Source: a virus (taxonomy: Duplodnaviria > Caudoviricetes). Taken from it: a stretch of DNA of 64,000 bases. The notes below the pieces were generated by a model that made no database searches, had not been told where the DNA came from, and worked only from the letters and a program-made list of their open reading frames with translations. Of the stretch, positions 58,038 through 64,000 are shown piece after piece; within the stretch, counting starts at the first letter, position 1, and every line of letters begins with the position of its first letter. The stretch is taken from positions 32,001 through 96,000 of IMG/VR virus record IMGVR_UViG_3300028888_000061; one strand, 5' to 3'. Made by a program: the position numbers and the translations under genes.

Positions 58038-59333
58038 ATGCCAAGAGTGTCTGCAAAAAGTACGGTAAAGAAGAGTTCATCACGTGGTGCGAAGAAGGAA
58101 ACGTCATCTGCTGCGGTTGAAAAGAGAACCCGTAAATCCAGTAAACCAAGCAAACAAGTCGCAAAGGAAGTTGTAAATGACACAGAAGAAATCATTGAGG
58201 AGACTCTTACAGAAATAACAGAAGACGGTGAGCAGGTTTCGGTTCGTGTAACGAATGATTCCAATGCCGGTAAGGATGTTCAGATTGAGGATTCTGAGTG
58301 GAATGAGGATAATCAGAGAGACTTGGAAGCCTTTAACGCTATGCCAGAGGCACGCAGGAAGTACTATGACAATTTGACGGCTGCGGTGCTTCGAGACCGT
58401 AAGTATATCAAGTCTGGCAGTTTCGTTCTCGACGCAATCCTGTCTGATGGTCAAGGAATTCCTACAGGAACGTTCATTGAGCTGACTGCACCGTATGCCG
58501 TCGGCAAATCAAGTCTTCTTTTGTTCATGTGTAAGAATCTTTGTGACCAAGGATATCGTTGTGCTTACATCGACACAGAGCGTGGACTGAACGACAAACA
58601 GATTGCGAGTTTTGGGCTTACGAATCATACCAAGTCTCGTATGTTCCTGCCGATGACTATCGACACGTTTGAAGAAATTGACGAGTTCTTATGCAATGCT
58701 TTGACTGATGATACGTTGAAATTTATCGTTGTCGATTCTTTAACGGCTGCTTCTGCGTCCGATATGATTGAGAAGGAAACTGGTCAGAATCAGACATTGG
58801 CTATCCATGCACGTACAATTTCTGCGTTCTTGCGACGGTTTAGGTCTAAGTTCGGCACATCCGACAAGACTATTTTCTTTGTGGCACAAAACCGAAAGCA
58901 GTTTACTCAGTACGGTGCACAGGACGGTGCAGCCGGTGGCGAGGCACAAAAGCATTACATGGACATCACTATCCGGATGAAATTAAAGGACAAGCTGACC
59001 AGAAAAATAAAAGGCTCTACCGAGAAGCAGCAGTATGGAACGATATGCACGATTATGTGTGACCCAAAGAACCGTTTCTGCAGTCCACGTATTCCGATGA
59101 GCATCGCTATCGTGTGGGGCAAGGGTGTTTCAAATGCAGCCGCTCTTTATGACGCTTTAGTGAGTCAGGGAAAAATCACGCAGAAAGGTTCTTTTTATGT
59201 GATTGAGGGCGTCGATGGACGTGAAGAGCAGTTTCGTGGTCAGGACGCCGTCACGTTCTATATCTCACAGCATTCGGATTATTATTTAAGGCTTGTTGAA
59301 CGTCTTGGTGGTATCCGGCTACCAAAGGTGTAA
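58038..59333 (+). CDS. recA: RecA/UvsX recombinase with ~110-aa N-terminal extension
   Basis: SGS..LD.IL..GIP.G..EL, GKS, YIDTE, IVVDSL, GGEA.KHY, KNR..P. Confidence 0.92.
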   Translation: MPRVSAKSTVKKSSSRGAKKETSSAAVEKRTRKSSKPSKQVAKEVVNDTEEIIEETLTEITEDGEQVSVRVTNDSNAGKDVQIEDSEWNEDNQRDLEAFNAMPEARRKYYDNLTAAVLRDRKYIKSGSFVLDAILSDGQGIPTGTFIELTAPYAVGKSSLLLFMCKNLCDQGYRCAYIDTERGLNDKQIASFGLTNHTKSRMFLPMTIDTFEEIDEFLCNALTDDTLKFIVVDSLTAASASDMIEKETGQNQTLAIHARTISAFLRRFRSKFGTSDKTIFFVAQNRKQFTQYGAQDGAAGGEAQKHYMDITIRMKLKDKLTRKIKGSTEKQQYGTICTIMCDPKNRFCSPRIPMSIAIVWGKGVSNAAALYDALVSQGKITQKGSFYVIEGVDGREEQFRGQDAVTFYISQHSDYYLRLVERLGGIRLPKV

Positions 59334-59440
59334 TTAACGTATCAGTCAGAATCCCATCGTTTCGTCACGGTGGGATTTTTCGTTTATCAAAGGAGTGTAT
59401 TGTCGCTGTGCATGGTGCACTTCTTTTTTAACTTTGTTCA

Positions 59441-60103
59441 TTGAGTTGGACGATGGCTGAGAATTTGTCTGCTTCTGTTGTGTCTTCATCTGTTTCTTTA
59501 CCGCTTTCAAAAACATGCCTCTATATGGCTCATGCTTTTATGTCAGGAAGGCCACACCCTGTTTCTTACGTGAAATCTGCGATAGATACAGGTTCCGTGA
59601 GTATCGACACAGAGACCTCCGATGTGTGTATGGAGAAAGCCAGGTTATGCCTGAATGACCTTGATGCTTTAATTTCACGTCTGTCGAAAGATGGAAATGC
59701 GGAACGATTGCTGACACGCTTAGTTGAGATGGCTAAGTTTGTTGGAACAGAACACGCAGTACGAGAGTCTGATTTGGGTGTTCTTGCTTTTATGTTTCGT
59801 CAGCATTTTGGTTGTCGGAAAAAAGACAGGAGACCAAAAACCCAGTGTTATGAATTCGCCCCGTATGGTAAAGTTTCCGTTGTTCCGTCTCAGGTTTCAT
59901 TTATGGCTGATGGCGTAGATGTTTACGGTAAGTACTTCAGACTGTATTCTGTTACTGATGAAGACGCAAAGGTACTTTACGTGGTACGGTCGGATGAATG
60001 GATTGATGACTTTCTTGAAGCCGATGTGCTGACATTAAATGTCGAAAAGCGTGAGACCCGAAAGGGTGTCAATCAGTCTTTATGCAGTCTTGTGATAAAG
60101 TAA
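59441..60103 (+). CDS. Hypothetical protein
   Basis: 220-aa ORF. Confidence 0.7.
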   Translation: MSWTMAENLSASVVSSSVSLPLSKTCLYMAHAFMSGRPHPVSYVKSAIDTGSVSIDTETSDVCMEKARLCLNDLDALISRLSKDGNAERLLTRLVEMAKFVGTEHAVRESDLGVLAFMFRQHFGCRKKDRRPKTQCYEFAPYGKVSVVPSQVSFMADGVDVYGKYFRLYSVTDEDAKVLYVVRSDEWIDDFLEADVLTLNVEKRETRKGVNQSLCSLVIK

Positions 60104-60118
60104 TTCAGGAGGTGTACT

Positions 60119-61219
60119 GTGCAGCAGTTTGAAAATGAGGAGTTTTACGTCGAGGTTTATGACAGATACAGCGAAAAGCCTTTGTTTGACGCAGCGTGCA
60201 TTGTGTTCAGTCTGGGGCGTAAGATGCTTGATTGGGCTTTAGCTCGTGTGCCCAATGAGGAGAAAGTCCTTTCAGAGCATCCATGTGGACGTAACTATTT
60301 GACGCTTGGTGGCGTTAGGACTTTGTGCAAGAAATCGAATTCGAAGAAAAGTCGCCGGTTTCGTGATTGGTTTGAGAATGTTGTCGTAAGCAGTGTGTTT
60401 CCGCAGGATGTTGTTGATGCAGCAGACTTGTTTGTCAGTGAAAATGATTTGTCCACTTCTGACGATTCGTCATGTAAGGCACAGAAAAAGTCTGTTGAAG
60501 TGTTTGATGAGCAAAACGACGTTGCGACGCAATTACAGTCTTCAAACACGTGTCAAGAAACAGAAGCCTCGAATAATCTCGTTAAGTGTTTCGACAATGG
60601 TGTTTTCAGTGTTCGTACTGTTATGCGTGACGGTGAAACGTGGTTTGTTGCAAGTGATGTGTGTAAGTGTCTTGGACTGGCACAGGTAAGTCGTGCATGT
60701 GACAGGCTGGATGAGGACGAGAGAGTCTTACTAAAAGTAACCCACCCCCAGAACCCTGAAAAAGAGTTGGATGTGTGTGGTGTTTCTGAATCTGGTCTCT
60801 ATGCTCTGATTTTGCGCTCAAATAAACCAGAGGCAAAGCCATTTCGTAAGTGGGTGACTTCGGAAGTTCTGCCTACCATACGAAAAACCGGCATGTACGT
60901 TCCGCAGCATGTTATGGACAGGATAGCGGTGCTTGAACAGATGGTTCTTGAAATTCGTGATGTATTACCGGTTCAGAATCAGCAGTCATCGTTTAGAACT
61001 GCACGTGATGTTTGTGAAGAACTTGGTCTTGATGTTGTTGACACGACGTTCAAGTTTATTGTGTCGTCTTACATGAAGAATCTTTGTGATCAGCATCCAG
61101 AGCGTGAGACATACAGTCGTGGGTTTAACGGGATACGGGTTTTTCCTTCCTGGGTAACTGACGAGTTTATATCTATGTATCGAACCAATCCAAAGATACT
61201 TGACCCTTATCTTCCGTGA
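60119..61219 (+). CDS. BRO-N domain (antirepressor-like) protein
   Basis: WFVASDVC..LG, VSESGLYALILRSNKPEAKPFRKWVTSEVLPTIRKTG.Y. Confidence 0.92.
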   Translation: MQQFENEEFYVEVYDRYSEKPLFDAACIVFSLGRKMLDWALARVPNEEKVLSEHPCGRNYLTLGGVRTLCKKSNSKKSRRFRDWFENVVVSSVFPQDVVDAADLFVSENDLSTSDDSSCKAQKKSVEVFDEQNDVATQLQSSNTCQETEASNNLVKCFDNGVFSVRTVMRDGETWFVASDVCKCLGLAQVSRACDRLDEDERVLLKVTHPQNPEKELDVCGVSESGLYALILRSNKPEAKPFRKWVTSEVLPTIRKTGMYVPQHVMDRIAVLEQMVLEIRDVLPVQNQQSSFRTARDVCEELGLDVVDTTFKFIVSSYMKNLCDQHPERETYSRGFNGIRVFPSWVTDEFISMYRTNPKILDPYLP

Positions 61220-61276
61220 CATGATGCGTGCAATCTAAACTTATTAGTTTGCGTTTCGTAGCATTGGAGGTTTTTC

Positions 61277-62899
61277 ATGGCAGGACGCACGGTTCCAAAG
61301 ACAACAAGGGTTAGTTCGGACAACGAGAATCCGCAGGGCGTCCATCCGTCTGTGTCATCGGATGGCGTCATAGAGAAAAAGAGTGGTGGTCTTTTTCAGT
61401 GGGTCAAGAGTCTGTTTGGTGGGCGTGTTCGTGTTGTCGATGACCCGCAAGATTCTCGTGACGATTTTCTGAAAGACCTTATTTCAAGAACAGATTGTTC
61501 CATTCTCGGCGACCTTCACAATTATGCAACTGACCGAGAGGGCATGATTGCTGATTATAAGGAAATGCTTACAGATGCAACAGTTATTGCAGCTGTTGAG
61601 TTAATCGCAGAGGATTCAAGTATCATCGATAACGATACGAATCTTGCGGCATGGGTTACATGTCAGGATGACCCTGACTTCGGCGACATGATGACCCAAT
61701 GGCTCGCAGATACGGTGAACATCAATGACCTTATTTATCCGATAGCTTTCAATATCGTTGCTTTCGGAGAGTGTTTTCTAAATACGAATTTTACGAATGA
61801 AGTGTACCGTGAGAATTTTACTCTCGGTGATTTCTTTTCCATTGCTGACCCGCTTGAGTGTATTCACCTGTTTCGTTTTGGTGCTCCTCTTGGGTATGCC
61901 ATACGAGAAGGTGATGGTGTTTACACGTATGGCGAGAATGACGCGATTCTTCCGGAGAAGTCTTACATACATTTCATTTCTGACCGTGGGCAAGACCAGG
62001 CAGTAGGCGACCCTGATGACGGTGTTGTTATCCGTTACGGTACAAGTTTTCTGGATGCCGCAAAGTACCTTTTCAGACAGAAGAAATTATTGGATGACTT
62101 ATTGATTCTCGCCCGTCTTACTAGAAGTGCTTTTTATCGCATTTTCAGTGTTGAGGTAGGGAACGCAACAAGTCAGGATACCGCCAGGATGATGCGTGAG
62201 GTACGCACAGCCATCAACTCAAAACAGTCTCTTAATGTCGCACAGGGTGTTTTCAGTTCTGTGAACGCTCCAATGATAACCGGCGGTAATGTTTACATTC
62301 CGGTTAGAAACGGTGTTGGTAATGTGAGTGTCAATGAGGTTTCTGCTCCGACAGAGATTGGACAGCTTACGGATGTGAATAATATCTTAAAGAGCTTTAT
62401 GGGTGCTTTAGGTGTTCCGCCTCAATTTCTTGGTTTCGCAGATGAAACAGGAGGCGGTCTGAATGATTCAACGCTTACGCAGCTTGATATCCGTTATGCA
62501 AGAAAAGTCAAACGTGTGCAGCGTATTTTGCGTGAAGGTATCAAGAAGCTCGTTATCTGGAAATGTCTTATTGACGATATCATGCCGCCTGAGTTTACAA
62601 TTCAGATGCCGACCATTCTCACAGGTGAAGACGAAAAGCGTGCTACTGCGATTACTGCAGAAGTTGACCGTATGAATACAGCACTTGACATCGTTGCAAA
62701 GATTGACCCTGAATACATGAACGGCGTGAATAAACGTGAACTGATTTACTTCATTCTGCACAAGGTGTTCAAGAATGATGACCTGCTTGACGCTCTGGGT
62801 TACAACAATCCGCAACCGGAAACACAGGGAAACGGAGAAGAGGGCGGTGAAGATGAAGAGGGTGGATTCGACAGAGGTGGCGGATTCGGCGCTGTGTAG
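61277..62899 (+). CDS. Portal protein (T4 gp20-like)
   Basis: DY.EM.D..V.AAVE.IAED, YGTSFL, LDD..IL.RLTR...RIF.VEVGN, Y.IPVR, ALGVP.QFLG, L.Q.DIRYAR.V.R.Q. Confidence 0.9.
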   Translation: MAGRTVPKTTRVSSDNENPQGVHPSVSSDGVIEKKSGGLFQWVKSLFGGRVRVVDDPQDSRDDFLKDLISRTDCSILGDLHNYATDREGMIADYKEMLTDATVIAAVELIAEDSSIIDNDTNLAAWVTCQDDPDFGDMMTQWLADTVNINDLIYPIAFNIVAFGECFLNTNFTNEVYRENFTLGDFFSIADPLECIHLFRFGAPLGYAIREGDGVYTYGENDAILPEKSYIHFISDRGQDQAVGDPDDGVVIRYGTSFLDAAKYLFRQKKLLDDLLILARLTRSAFYRIFSVEVGNATSQDTARMMREVRTAINSKQSLNVAQGVFSSVNAPMITGGNVYIPVRNGVGNVSVNEVSAPTEIGQLTDVNNILKSFMGALGVPPQFLGFADETGGGLNDSTLTQLDIRYARKVKRVQRILREGIKKLVIWKCLIDDIMPPEFTIQMPTILTGEDEKRATAITAEVDRMNTALDIVAKIDPEYMNGVNKRELIYFILHKVFKNDDLLDALGYNNPQPETQGNGEEGGEDEEGGFDRGGGFGAV

Positions 62900-62956
62900 C
62901 TGAACACTATCAAAAGTGTTGTCAGATGAGTTAGGGGCCAATGGGGAGATTGTGTC

Positions 62957-63682
62957 ATGTTGGACGCAACGCATACGCTTTTTTTCATCATCGGCTTCCT
63001 TGTGCTTTTCAGTGTGGTGATGCCGTTGGTGGCACGTGTTACGAAAATTTCTTTTACATGGACTTTGGTAATCGTTTATCTCGGAATCCTGTTTGGTGTT
63101 ATACTTGATTTCTCGCATCTTACGAACGAAGTCCGTATGATTCTTGCAGTAGGCTCAATACTTGTGTCGGTGGCTTACATTCTTTCACATGTGTCTGAGA
63201 AAGCTCGGGCACGTGGTGAACAGTTACGTCTGCCAGAGATGAATTTGAAGAAAGGAAATACTCGTGTTAATGTAAAGTTCTCTGATGCTAAGAAGATTGT
63301 ATCTGAGGATGATGACAATCTTGATTTGAATGAACTTTCAACACTTCCGTATAACAACAACGATGCATTCGACACGGAGTTTCCTGTGCAGCAGGATAAC
63401 ACTTCGGTTGTTCAGAGTCAGATGAGAAGTACACAGGAGCGTATTACTGCACAGGAAAATCCGTATGCCATACGGACTCCTGTTCCTCAGACTTGCGCTC
63501 AGTCGAATCGTTCATTACGGCCTGTGTCCTCTGTGAACGACACGGTTGACCAGGACGAACTTGCACAGTTTATGAGGACTGACAGACGTGTTCGCCGGGA
63601 TGGAAACACAGGTGTCCATAGAATGTCCTCAAGTCAGGGATTTTCTTCTACACGTTCTGGAAACTGGAATCAGCCTCAGTGA
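62957..63682 (+). CDS. Membrane protein, three TM helices plus long cytoplasmic tail (holin candidate)
   Basis: Three hydrophobic segments in the first 80 aa. Confidence 0.6.
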   Translation: MLDATHTLFFIIGFLVLFSVVMPLVARVTKISFTWTLVIVYLGILFGVILDFSHLTNEVRMILAVGSILVSVAYILSHVSEKARARGEQLRLPEMNLKKGNTRVNVKFSDAKKIVSEDDDNLDLNELSTLPYNNNDAFDTEFPVQQDNTSVVQSQMRSTQERITAQENPYAIRTPVPQTCAQSNRSLRPVSSVNDTVDQDELAQFMRTDRRVRRDGNTGVHRMSSSQGFSSTRSGNWNQPQ

Positions 63683-63715
63683 ATTACCCACCCGCTAAAA
63701 CGGTGGGTAATTCAC
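63679..63715. terminator. Palindrome between convergent genes
   Basis: GTGAATTACCCACC / GGTGGGTAATTCAC. Confidence 0.7.
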
Positions 63716-63720
63716 GAACA

Positions 63721-64000
63721 TCACACGATTTGGTTGTTGTATGGTATGTCTAACACATAAAGATGTTCCGTTGAGTTTCCGATAGCCATCAGTAATACCA
63801 GGTCGCCGACTTTCAGCAGCACATCATCATCGATGTCGTGGCAGTAGGGCTTCAGGCTCTTTGGTTTTTCAGTCAGCGACATGTCGTACTCTCCAATGCT
63901 GTTGGATAATGACATAGACGGTCCGACCATTGCTCCAAGTTCACTTACGAGTGATGAGTCTAAGGTACCACTTGCAGCTTCAAATGTGTCATTGACTTTA
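63721..64000 (-). CDS. C-terminal part of a gene running off the window
   Basis: Frame is open to the window end; LKVGDLVLL OB-fold-like motif. Confidence 0.55.
   Translation of the reverse strand, partial: KVNDTFEAASGTLDSSLVSELGAMVGPSMSLSNSIGEYDMSLTEKPKSLKPYCHDIDDDVLLKVGDLVLLMAIGNSTEHLYVLDIPYNNQIV

Noticed and set aside
62468-63118. Antisense/shadow ORFs such as 62468-63118, 29926-30528 and 8147-8620
   Set aside because: They overlap well-supported genes on the other strand and show no motifs or RBS
1-64000. Stop-codon recoding
   Set aside because: Conserved genes are full length in code 11 and all three stop codons end genes

Overview
64 kb of a large, T4-like lytic tailed phage genome, read in the standard genetic code. 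Overlapping spanins point to a diderm host, and NrdD/G points to an anaerobic one. 1-8.9 kb (+) holds baseplate, tail and fibre genes plus spanins. 9.2-54 kb (mostly -) is a replication, recombination and nucleotide-metabolism arm: family A DNA polymerase with four inteins, NrdD with a mini-intein, NrdG, ThyX, TK, dNK, dUTPase, DnaB, split primase, clamp loader and clamp, Mre11 with a split Rad50, RuvC, SSB and HU. That arm also carries two TnpB-only IS200/IS605 elements. A candidate origin at about 54.2-54.9 kb separates it from a + strand block (RecA, Bro, portal, holin-like gene). The most unusual signals are non-coding: (1) a free-standing ~620-nt structured RNA with its own promoter and terminator (42.65-43.27 kb); (2) twelve copies of a fixed-geometry promoter motif, RTGGTGCTG-N26/27-(-10 hexamer), together with a Mor-like activator and a sigma-like gene; (3) four ~92-bp palindromic elements, two of which flank the dNK gene with swapped arms, as attL/attR would; (4) a cluster of one tRNA-Lys and several distorted tRNA-like folds; (5) a three-way-junction/pseudoknot leader present twice. 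Product calls come from motif recognition by eye; no database searches were run.
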